64,000 bases of DNA. It comes from Octopus vulgaris. Taxonomy: Eukaryota. Below the pieces are notes generated by a model, which saw only the letters and a list, made by a program, of their open reading frames with translations, was not told the origin of the DNA and did not search any database. How positions within the stretch are numbered: position 1 is the stretch's first letter; every line of letters begins with the position of its first letter. The DNA is taken from assembly GCA_951406725.2 (NCBI GenBank), contig OX597815.1, positions 21,514,001-21,578,000 on the forward strand, given 5' to 3'. This document shows positions 1 to 24,700 of the stretch, one piece after another. The position numbers and the translations under genes were made by a program.

Positions 1-1508
1 GCCACCCTTTATACAGTAGTCAGCATTAGGAAAGCTATCTCTTTTCCAAAAGTATTTTCCAAAACAAAGAGAATATTTGCTGATCAATACATAAGTGTAT
101 ACTCAAATATCCTATCCATTTAATACAAAGCTTGTAAAAACGACGAAAATTTAGGGGATTGATTTACTCGAGCACAATCTATCTCTTCAATGTGTGATCA
201 GAGGACTGTATTTCACTAATCTAGATTAAGTTTTAATAGTGGAAATATATTATTCCTAAAACAAAAATGAACTGACTTTTCTGGAGACAGAGCCCATATT
301 TTGGAATCTCTCTAATGCTATTCTGGTTTTTTGTAATGAACACACAAAATATTTCTAATGAGGTGAATAATATTTTACCTATTTTTAAACTTATTTTATA
401 ACAGTATTCTTGGAACACATTTTTAATTAGCAGTGTTATTTTTTTAAATTTCCAGAACAATAATTCTTGAAAAAGCAATTTTCTTATCATTTTTCCTCAC
501 ATTTTGTGTCTAATTGATATAACATAAACTTGAAAATCCTTTTTCTGTTTCAATTACTATGCAATTTTTTTTCTAGCAGTCACTGAAAATGAGGCATAAA
601 ATACTTGCTGAAGATTGGGAATTTTTCAAGAAACAAAGGAAATTACTTGAAAAGAGTGTGTCTGAAAATGCTGATAGTTCTGGGAGGTTTGTATGTACTT
701 AATATTTGCTTTACTCAGGTTAATATTTTCCTTATGGAATGGCCCATTTCCAGTCTCTTCTGTATTGTAGAATTAGCTACATACTAGTCTCTAATCTTTG
801 CTCATCAGAAATTTTAATTTTGTTATTTATTGCATATGTACCCATTGAAAGTACATTCTGACACCTCATCTCCACCATCCTTTCTCCCTTTCCTTTTATG
901 GTAGTCATGCATCTTCTGTAAATGAAGATACCTGTTTCTGTCCTATCAAACTCTCAATGCCTAGTACAAAACCACCTTCCTCACTATCGCAATTGCATTC
1001 TGTTGAGGTTTTGTCTGAGTTACTTGGTGACCACTAATTTTGTTGCTATGAAGAAAGCAGCCAGTTCATTGTATAATGGTTGACACTAGGAAGGGCATCT
1101 GGCCGTAGAGACCATTCCAAAGTAGACATTGAAGTCGAACACAGTCCTTTGGCTTGTCTGTACCTATTGAACCTTTCAACCCATGCCAGCATGTTAGATC
1201 ATGGGGTCGACAATGCATGATTTGTTGAAATTGCTTCCATTTTAGAACTTTTATTCACATCACCAAGTTTACTGATTTTTTTTTTCCTCTCCATCATTTT
1301 GTACAAACAAGTTTTTAGGAAAGTTTTGTATTAATTGTAATAATACATTGAATGTTTAGCCATTTAGAAGTTATTCCCTGAGTGTTCAAGAAGGTTAATG
1401 AATTAGAAATGTGTGTTGGAGCTAACTTACTGTTCTGATTAGTTATGTAAATATTTGGAAACAGTTATCTTATCCTGTCTGTTTTTCTGTTCCATTTTTG
1501 TTTTTTAG

Positions 1509-14259
<12,751 letters not shown>

Positions 14260-15539
14260 ATATCAACTTAGCTGTGATTGGCTGAATATCCATTGTTTTG
14301 TGCTGTGATTGGCTGAACAATACTAATTAATTCATAAAGAAAATGGATTGGTTCAAATTGATTACTATGTTGGGTAGCTTGGCCACTTTGTAAAACATCT
14401 CTTGTTATTGGGCGAAGCAATGTTTGCTAATTCACTTTTGTCTCATCACACTTTAAATTTTCTTACAACACACTCAAAGAACTGTAAATGTGTAGAAGGG
14501 CTGATACTATAGACTTTGTGTTGATGTTTAGAGACAAGCTTTTTAATAGCTTGCAATATCTTTTCAACGGCCATGGCAAGTTGCTGAGCAGCTTGTTGCA
14601 ACACCAAGTCTTGGTGCTATCAATCCTAACACTATTTCTAATTACCAGCTTATCAAGAATGGCACCAACACCAACCATAACTGCATTTCAAGATGTTGCA
14701 TAATGACATTACACATGATAAAAACTCTTGAAATTGAGAAAAAAAAATCTATATAACAATAATAATTGGTCATTTTATAATCAGACTGATTTAAACATTT
14801 TCCCTGGAACATAGTTACATGTAAGATAAGTACAACTAGTTTTAAGATTTAAAATGGAAGCTTTCTCTAGGATCCAAAGAAAATTCTATCACTTGTGTCA
14901 AGCTCTAAACCTTTCATAGTAAAAATGGCTTTCAAACTGATTTGGAAGTGTTTAGAGTGGATGTTTTGATTTTTTAAAAAATGAAGAAAAAAAGATAAAA
15001 AGAGAAACTATACTGAGAAAGAAACTATTCTATAGTGGCAGCTTCAATTTCTAGATTTGCTTGCTGCTTCCCTTCAATAAAATTATTGTACAACTTTTAT
15101 TGTTTTTTTTTCTTTATTCACTTATTACCATTATTTAATATTTTTAGAGGTCATCAGCTAATGTCCTTGTCCCTATGCTTAGCATGTCATATGAGAGAGT
15201 GAATGTTGAATGTTGATAGCAAACAGTCAAGGTGTATGGAGTACATGCAGTTTTGAAGTCCTGTATGTATATGCTTCAAGATTTGTGAGAGGGAGGGATG
15301 GAGAGAGGAGAGTCAGCTAGGTACCATAGCACCTCTAGTTACACTGGAAGACTGTACATTAAACAAGATATCCCCTGTTATCCTTAGCTACCCTGCTAGC
15401 ATAGTACAATGAGAAGAGGAAAGAATGATCAAAATGAGCAAAGAGGAATGAACTCTCGAGACATGATAGGTGTATTGGAGAGGCTATCAAGGTGGATCAA
15501 GATGAAGCCTTGACTATATATATATATATATAATGGAAA

Positions 15540-17476
15540 TTGCCCATCAGGAATTACTGCAGAGATGCTCAAAATATTTGGCAGTGTTGGCTATAGTCTG
15601 GTCACCCGTATAGTTAACCAGGTGATACACAAAGGGTCATACCCAATGACTGGTGTAGCAGCATAATAGTCAACTGCTACAAAGGTAAAGGTGACGCTTT
15701 AGATACAAATAATTACAGAGGTATCAAGCTGTTGGATCAGGTAATAAAGATCATGGAGAGGGTCCATAGCCCAACTAATTAGGGAGAGAGTCAGTTTAGA
15801 TGAGATGCAGTTTGGTTTTGTGCCACGGAAAAGCACCACTGATGCTATATTTCTGGTAAGACAGCTGCAGGAGAAATACCTAGCCAAAGATAAGCCCCTG
15901 TACCAAGGTTCAGTCCTCAGTCCCCTCCTATTTATCATAGTCCTCCAGGCAATAACGGAGGAATTTAAGACAGGATGCCCCTGGGATCTCTATGCTGATG
16001 ACCTTGCTCTAATTGCTGAGTCACTATCAGAACTAGAGGTTTGAAGTATGGAAACAAGGATTAGAATCGAAGTGCCTTAGAGTCAATCTAGCTAAAACCA
16101 AAGTCCTAATAAATAGGAAGGCAGGCAAACCACAAATCCCTTCGATCTGTAGAAAAGGCGTAGGTAGAAACTCTAAAGATGTATCCAGTGTAGGCTATGG
16201 ACACAAGAGATGCAGCAATATTAAGGGAAGGCTAATTGAGAAGATAGTTTTTGTATGTGGCAGATGCTCGGGAGCAATAAATAACACTGAAAATGTGCAG
16301 AGAGCAACTTCCACCACATTCCAGGGAGAAAAACTAGAAGTAGTTGATAGCTTCCGTTACCTAGGTGACCAAGTCAGTAGCAGAGGATGGTGCACTGAAA
16401 GTGTAGCTGCTAGAATAAGAATAGCCTGGGCTAAGTTCAGATAGCTCTTACCTCTGCTGGTGACAAAGGGCCTCTTGCTCAGAATAAAAGGTAGACTGTA
16501 CGAACAGCCATGCTACATGGCAGTGAAACATGGGCTGTGACTGCTGAGGACATACGTAAGCTTGCAAAGAATGAAGCCAGCATGCTCCGATGGATGTGTA
16601 ATGTCAATGTGCATACACAACAGAGTGTTAGTGCCTTGAGAGAAAGGTTGGACCTAAGAAGCATCAGATGTGGTGTGCAAGAGAGACAACTGTACTGGTA
16701 TGGTCATCTGGTGAGTGGATGTAGATAGCTGTGTGAAAAAGTGCCACACCCTAGCAGTTGAGGGAACCTGTTGAAGAGGTAGACTCAGGAAGACCGGGGA
16801 TGAGTGGTGAAGCATGAGCTTCAAACACTGGGCCTCACTGAGGCAATGACTAGTGACTGGGACCTCTGGAAATATGCTGTGCTTGAGAAGACTCGGCAAG
16901 TGCATAACCTTGTGGCCTACGCCAGGGGTGTAACGAATCCACTTATGTGTGCCTTTCCTTCATTGGACACTAAACTCTGCTTGTGGAGACTTGTTGAGGC
17001 AAGTGAAATCAAAATCAAATTTGATCACTGGGATCCATACTAGTGGAGCGCTAAGAGAACCATACAAGTGAGATCGGGGCCAGAGCAACAAGCTGGCCTC
17101 CGAGCCGATGGCATGTTAAAAACACCATTCGAGCGAGATCGTTACCTGTGTCACCTACTAGCACTTGTTTTGGTGGCACGTGAAAAAACATTCGAGTGAG
17201 GTCATTGCTAGTTCCGCTGGACTGGCTCCTGCGTAGGTAGCACATAAAAAGCACCATTTGAGCGTGGCTGTTGCCAGTACCACCAAACTGGCCCTCATGC
17301 CTGTGGCACGTAAAAGCACCCACTACACCTTCGGAGTGGTTGGCGTTAGGAAGGGCATCCAGCTGTAGAAACTCTGCCAGATCAGATTGGAGTCTGGTGC
17401 AGCCTCCTGGCTTCGCAGATGCTGGTCGAACCATCCAACCCATGCTAGCATGGAAAACACGTTAAACGATGATGAT
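15540..17476 (+). mobile_element. Decayed RTE-clade LINE: RT, C-terminus and 3' UTR array
   Basis: NYRGIKLL, QFGFVPRKSTTDAIF, QGSVLSPLLF, YADDLAL, LHGSETW motifs with frameshifts and an internal deletion; ends in gttaaac(GAT)n. Confidence 0.9.
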
Positions 17477-17798
17477 ATATAGTCAAGGTTTCATCTTCTT
17501 ATATATATACATATATACATATCTAGAGAGAAAGCTGTCGCTTGTGACTGAGTATGATCTGACAGCCATGCTTTCACTAATTGTTTAAATACCTGTGTAG
17601 TCACAAGCAGACAGACATTCCCTTGGCTCTCCCACATTTGACCCCAAAGAACATAGAGGATGTGACTGTTAGTGGGGAAAAAGGGGCTGCAGTAGCCCTT
17701 GCCTGGTACTATGTGCTGCCTGGCCTAGGTATTGACCCTATGACAATGAGTCCAGCACCCTAACCACTTGGCTATGCAACTTCACGAAACAAGTAACA

Positions 17799-17870
17799 TT
17801 CCCATGTCAGGAATCAAACCTGGACCACCTGGGTGAAAACCAAGAGTCCTAACCACTAAATCTCATAACC
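17799..17870 (-). pseudogene. tRNA-Glu(TTC)-derived pseudogene
   Basis: Minus strand reads ggttatgagatttagtggttaggactcttggtTTTCacccaggtggtccaggtttgattcctgacatgggaa (72 nt). It matches the metazoan tRNA-Glu-TTC body, but the 5' acceptor strand is decayed. Confidence 0.7.
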
Positions 17871-17889
17871 ATTTGGTCTATAAACATGC

Positions 17890-18120
17890 ATACAACAGGC
17901 ACTTGTTGGAGGGAGGTGATTCTGCACTGGTGTCGCACCGAATTGTTGGAGACCAAACAATGGTGTTCGCCGCTGGAATAAGGAGTGGTTGGAGATCACG
18001 TGGTTGTTAGCCTCAAATTGCCAGACCTGGTCAGCATTTGTGAGAGATGCAGCATTGAGGATGAATGAAGCCAGCTCAACCCACCCCGAGTGAATGCTGT
18101 CTCAAGTCAAAGTCAAGTCA
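17890..18120 (+). mobile_element. 3' end of another RTE-like LINE
   Basis: Trp-rich C-terminal remnant ending in a (CAAGT)n-like tail. Confidence 0.5.
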
Positions 18121-18587
18121 TACAACAGGCACAAGTGATTTCAGGTTCAGTCCTACTGTATGATACCTTGGGCAAATGTCTTCTACTATAGCTTTGGCTT
18201 AACAAAGTGTTTTGTTTGTCACTTTAATACCAATAAATATGTTATTCATCAGAACTTATTTTCTGACAAGCTGTGGACCTTGGTGGAAACTTTTATGTAA
18301 CATAATTTAAACCTAAAATATTGCAATCAAAGAATTTAAAATCATAATATTATAAAAAGAATTTTGTTTATCCACAATAATTTTCTGCTTTGGGGAGGGA
18401 TTAAGTTCTCAATGAAAAATTTGATTTATATAATTATATATTATTATATGACTAAAAAATTTCTTTGTTAAATTTTCAAGCTGGAGATAAGTATTTTCCT
18501 GTAAATATATATTTCCTTTTTTGCAAGACGTTTTGACAACTGTACCAGAAGTCGAATTCCGTATCAAGAACCAATAAAATACATTTT

Positions 18588-18740
18588 TTATTGCATAAAA
18601 TTCCTAGTGGTAAAATCTTCTTTCATTTTCAATGCTTGCTCTTCTGTGAGAGGTTGAAGAGGTGATCGTGGATGGCCACCATAGAAACCAAACCACTCCA
18701 TAGCAACTTTCAGGCCTGGTATACCATATTTGGCTGTAAC
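18588..18740 (-). CDS. HOGA1: HOGA1 exon 7 ([11 protein letters not shown]...NFMQ*)
   Basis: cag acceptor; TAA at 18590-18588 lies inside an AATAAA. Confidence 0.93.
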   Translation of the reverse strand, partial: VTAKYGIPGLKVAMEWFGFYGGHPRSPLQPLTEEQALKMKEDFTTRNFMQ

Positions 18741-21700
18741 CTGAAAATATAATATATATTTTTAAAAATATTTAAGATTGCTATTTATCATTTTACTTCT
18801 GGTTTTTCCATGTTGCTGAGGTAGTATTCTACAGCTTCATGCCCACCCCCACTCATGATAGGTTTCTGCATAGTTTCCATCTACCAAATGCCACTCAAGA
18901 TATCAGTCAACCTGGAATTATGTTAGAAGACACCTGCCTAAGGTAATGAGCAGTGAATCAAACCCAGAACCATGTGGTTGGGAAAGTAGAGTTATAATAA
19001 TAATAATGGAATTATTGTATACAGTGCTCAGGTGCACCACAACTTGTCAAAAAGTGCGTATAAAGCATATGCAGTAATGTACAAAATGTCTGGAAAGTGA
19101 ACAGTGTATGAGTCAGATACATGCTTGCATGTGTATGGAGGGGAGAAAATCAGGTGTAGTGTTGGCGAATCTTAGGAAGCACCGAAGTTTTGAACTATGC
19201 AGTACTCTGACAACTAACAACTGATGCTGGCAGTTTGTTCCATGCTTCATCAACTGTCAGCGTGAAAAAATGTTTCCTAAAGTCATGGCAGCTGTGCTGT
19301 TTTCTGACTTTGTAAACATGTGGAGTTTGAAAAGGTGCTCAGAGTTATTGTTTGTAAGATGGTTAATAATTTTATGGGTGATGTCAATCATACAATCATC
19401 TGGTACTTATTTGAACTCTTGAAGAATGTAAATGAAGATAACCTCAATGGAATTGGTACCCAAAATGTAAAGGAGACATATTACTGCAAGGTAATTTAAT
19501 TAATTCTCTTCTGATTCTACCATCTGCCACTTTTTCTATAACGATGTAGTAAATCTCACCCAGGGGCAACTTTGTCTTTCAATTAATAAAGAATTAAAAA
19601 ATTCATCCCTCCTGACCCTATTTGTGGCTTTGTGCCAGCATTATAAATTCTAAATGTTATCTTTCAACAACAAAAATAATGTACAGAGATGAAGGAATCT
19701 AAGGTAAGAGACTAACCGCTTGATTTGGTGCCACCAATCTCAGTTGTAGGTCTATGGCAGAGCTGTGTAACCCTTTTTCAAACAGTGACTGCAGATTACA
19801 AACATCTTTTCCTAAGACATTGGCCAAAGCACAAACTCCTCCTACACAACCTTTAAAAAGAGAAAAAATAGATGTTTAATTGGTCAGATCATCAACAAAT
19901 CTCGCATTGAATCTGTATGTAACTCTCAATACATACCTGCCATCAATGCCGGATACAAAAAACTTGCAGATCCTGCTAGTACTTGGAAGTCTTTATTTTT
20001 TGTAGCAAATATAATGTTGCTTAATTTAGCAATCTGGAAAAGAAAGAAACAAATGTTTTGCAGTGAATTGATTCGGTAACTAGTTATTTATTTCTTGCTA
20101 TGTGCTCATTTAATTTTTTCAGTGTTATATATAAATATGTGCTGTTGTTTAACCTCCCAAGTTATCCCTGATTGAATAGACCTGTAATCAAAGGCATTCC
20201 AGTAGTGACAATCCAGTTTTGTTTTTAGGCTAGTGTATCTCAATATTTTCCAATAAGTTGGTAGAATGTGATCTGTTGGAGGTCTGGCAGCTATTTCTAG
20301 CAGGTCAAATACCCATACATTGTTTGATTAATGGAAAACAGATAACTGTTTCTGGAGGACTTCAGTAACAAAACAAAAGCAGTTTCTACTATTCTCTCTC
20401 ACACATGCGCAAAGTCATAAGTTGTAACTGTAACAATATTTTTATTAGTGGCCTGGGGGAATATAGTCAATTAGATCAACTGTATTGACATTTTATCAAT
20501 GCTGGCTGTGTGGAAAGCGAAGTCATCTTTGTTAAGGATGGCAAGTACTTTTTGTGTTAGTAGAGGAGTAATGTGGGAACCAAAATGAGTTGCGTTGTGG
20601 ATTGTTTATAAATAAAAGGGAAACTATTTTCTGACATGTGAATGATATGAACTTTCACCTACATATTTAATATAAAGTTTGTTTTGAATACAAACAATGC
20701 TTATGTATTGACAGCAGCAACAGTATTACATCAGCTAATTTGCTTATATGGTGACCAAACAGGTCAAAGCCTGTAAAAAAAATTATAATAATATAATAAT
20801 GAAATTATTGTATACAGTGCTCAGGTGCACCACAACTTGTCAGAAAGTGCATATAAAGTACATGCAGTAATGTACAAATGTCTGGAAAGCGAACAATGTA
20901 TGAATCAGATACATGCCTGTGTGTGTATGGAGGGGAGAAAATCAGGTGTAGTGTTGGTGAATCTCAGGAAGCATGGAAGTTTTGAAGGATGCAGTGCTCC
21001 GACAACTAACAACTGATGCCGGCAGTTTGTTCCATGCTTCAGCAACTCTCAGCATGAAAAAATTGTTTCCTAAAGTCATGGGAGCTGTGCTGTTTTCTGA
21101 CTTTGTAAATATGTCCACGGGTGTTAGATGGGTGGAGTTTCTATTAAATGAAAATAGTTGATAGTGTTTTGTGATATGGATTGACACCAAACAAGTTCCA
21201 TTCATCATTTAATGTCAGTTCTCCATGCTGGCATGGGTTAATTGAATAAAAGTGAGGATTATACAAGAAATGGACTGAGTCAAAATCTGTCATAAGGTTT
21301 AGTATTTTGAATGTCTAGAAAGAATTTATACTTCAACATTTTTAATGAGCTGTTGTGTTTCTATATGGTAGGCTAATAGAGTAGGAATGTTTGCTTCTTT
21401 TTATTGTATTCTCACTAGTGTTCTGCAATCTTATATTAACTGTGCATGTCTCTCCTATATAGGTTGTGCGATGTCTTTTCATTGCCTCCCTATGCATCTC
21501 ATAAGGTATACAATATTTTTAGTTTTGCAGTTTATTCTTGGGTTAGTTGTTTTCCATGCTAGGCGTTTTCTCAGATGGGTGTGGTTTTCATGGTAGTGAG
21601 TTGATGGCTCTGCTTGGTCCGTCTACTACTTTGATCTTGAGTTTTGTGTCAAGTAATGCTTTTCTAAATTTGCAACCTAGTTCACCTTTAGCTGTATGTA

Positions 21701-24700
21701 GCATTGTTGAATATCAAACTCTGGAATTTGTTTTTGTCAAACCAGGAGTTTTTCTTGTTCAAATTTTCTCTTTCTCTTTCAAATCTGTTTCAGAATTTGC
21801 AACAGTACATGGGGCATATGGCATTAGTGTCACTGCAGACAATAGTTTCAAGCTTTTTTTGGCTCTTTTATATACTCTTATCTAGTCTCATTGGTCGTAT
21901 CATGAGAATTACATGCAGTGGATAGAATCTTGTATAAGTTGTCTCTGCTCACTGGAAGGGCACATATATGTTTCTCATGATCCTCACCAGGTTTGATATC
22001 AAGATGTTTGCTGACATAGCAGAGGTCCAGAGGACCAAGTGCCAATTAACCAGAGGTTTCTACATAATACAAATGACAGATATGTTTCTGGCCACTTACA
22101 ATTTTTAACCATAGTTCATACTCAAACTCTATATAGTAATGTTTAGAAACCTACAACTCTTTAGTTCTTTGTATGTGTCTCCAAAGTGACACTAATACAA
22201 ATTTAGTAGGCTAATATTATCTAAGAGATCAATAAAGTCAGTACTTGCCAACAAGATACTTACATTTCCTCCACTATCTTTGAGACCAATAATATTGGGA
22301 TGATCAGCCAACTGTATTATCACATCTTCAGCTAAATCAATGCTTGTATTTGAAGGAACACTGTAGAGAAGTATTGGAATTAAGCTGTTATCAGCAACCT
22401 GTAATGAGAAGAAAACTGAATCAAGTTTAAATGTAAGAAAATTAACAAGAGCCCTGCAAAGTTATTCAAAAGATAAATGACTAGTTTGAAGCTATATGTT
22501 ATGTATGTCAATACTGAGATATTGAGTTACATGTCAAAATAGAGAGGTTAAGTTATATAATATGTTAATATGGAAATATCAGGTTATAATATAGCAATCA
22601 TGAGGTGTTGAGTTATAAATCAATAGTGAGATTATCATCATCATCATTGTTTAACGTCCGTTTTCCATGCTAGCATGGGTTGGATGGTTTGACCGGGGTC
22701 TGGGAAGCCAGGAGGCTGCATCAGGCTCCAGTCTGATCTGGCAGTGTTTCTACAGCTGGATGCCCTTCCTAATGCCAACCACACCATGAGTGTAGTGGGT
22801 GTTTTTTACGTACCACCGGCACAGGAGCCAGAGGAGGCTGGCAAACGGCCACGATCGGTTGGTGTTTTACGTGTCACCGACACAGATGCCAATCAGGCGG
22901 CGCTGGTATCTGTCACATTCGTACGGTGCTTTTTACATGTCACCGGCATGGGTATCTTAACTACAATTTCCATTTGAGAATTTTTAAGTTATAATAAATA
23001 AATAAATGGTGAGATGTTTGGTTATAACATATCAATACCAGGATATCAAGTTATTATATGTCAAGGGTATCAAGTTATTATATGTCAATAGTAGACTCAA
23101 CTTAGTCTTCCATTCTTTTGTAGTTAATAAATATAATATTAGTAAAGAGGACCAATTCTCTGTTTCTTTTATGAATTACATCTGACTGTAAATTCAAAAG
23201 GTTCAGGCTTGTTAGATTTTTGTTACACAGGTTTAACCTGAGAATTAATTAAGAGTACATGTTCCTTTGGAAGCCTCAACTCCTTACATATTGACTTCAT
23301 GAATAGGAAATCAATCGGTTGAACAACTAAATGTTCATTGTTGACACTGATGGGAAATCCATTATCATTCTCATTTCTAAAAGTCTCTAAGTGCTTTGCC
23401 CACTTTACACCAAGGACTGTGATATATTCTATCATGCTATTAGTGTTAGAGGGGTTTTCTATGGCAGGACTAAAAAGTCCTCTCTACTTTATATCACATA
23501 TTCCCCACCATCTCTCCCACTCTCTAAGTTTCCTTCTCCCTATTTCTCCAACTGGGATATCCTTGTATCTCTTCTACAGCAAGACACCTATCTCTATCCA
23601 TCTTATTTGTTTAACCTCTCGGCAACTGATACAAAGCCACCTCCACCAATACTAACCCCCTCCAGTTGAGGGAGACTTTGCATTGTTTTGAAAGTTACTT
23701 GGTGACCCCACTGGTGCTGGTGCCATAAAAAAAAAGCATCCAGTATATTCTATAAAGTGGTTGGCATTAGGAAGGGTATCCGGCCATAGAAACCATGTCA
23801 AAGCAGACAATAGATTTGGCATAGTTCTCTGGCTTGCCAGTCTTTGCCAAACTGTCCAATGAATGTTAAGTGATGATGATGATGATGATAATGTGAAACT
23901 ACACAGTGTTAAGATAAACAGAGATATAAATTAAATTTACAAATATGTGTTTTTAGTGAACATGAATTTTTACCCTTGGTGTAGAAAGTAGGTACTATGG
24001 TTATAACCACGTTTTTTTTTCTTTCTTTAATTTTTATGTCTATATTTCTTTACTACCCACAAGGGGCTTAACATAGAGGGGACAAACAAGGACAGACAAA
24101 TGGATCAAGTCGATTACATTTATCAATCGACCCCAAAAGGATGAAAGGCAAAGTCGACCTCGGCAGAATTTGAACTCAGAATGCACCGGCAGACGAAATA
24201 CGGCTACGCATTTCGCCTGGCGTGCTAACGTTTCTGCCAGCTCGCCACCTACTTTAATTTTTATGTCTATCCAAATGTTGTATAGTGATCTTATTCATAA
24301 ATAATTCATGTTGCTAATGATTATATTGTCATGCAAATTAGGACTGACTAATTTAGTTTTATCAGTGTTTGTGCATGCAATGAATAGCCATAACCTACTA
24401 ACATCTATGTAGTTAGGAAGGTAGGTAGTGGTTCATAACTGAAACAGTAAATAAAGCTGAAACTATTCAGCTTGATCTCTAGTTCTCAGATCACTGAGAA
24501 AACAAACATGAGAAAGAGAGAGAGAGAGAGAAAGAGAGAGAAAGCTTGATAAATTGTAATACTGCACAGATGTGCAATCATCATCATCATCATTTAACGT
24601 CTGCTTTCCATGCTAGCATGGGTTGAACGATTTTGACTGAAGTCTGGCGAACCAAGCTCCAATCTGATCTGGCAGAGTTTCTACAGCTGGATGCCCTTCC

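Noticed and set aside
100-180. Penelope linker-like NLGD*FTRA
   Set aside because: Too short, at the window edge
22490-23095. Degenerate ~25-bp tandem repeats flanking an RTE insert
   Set aside because: Old low-complexity minisatellite with no discernible structure
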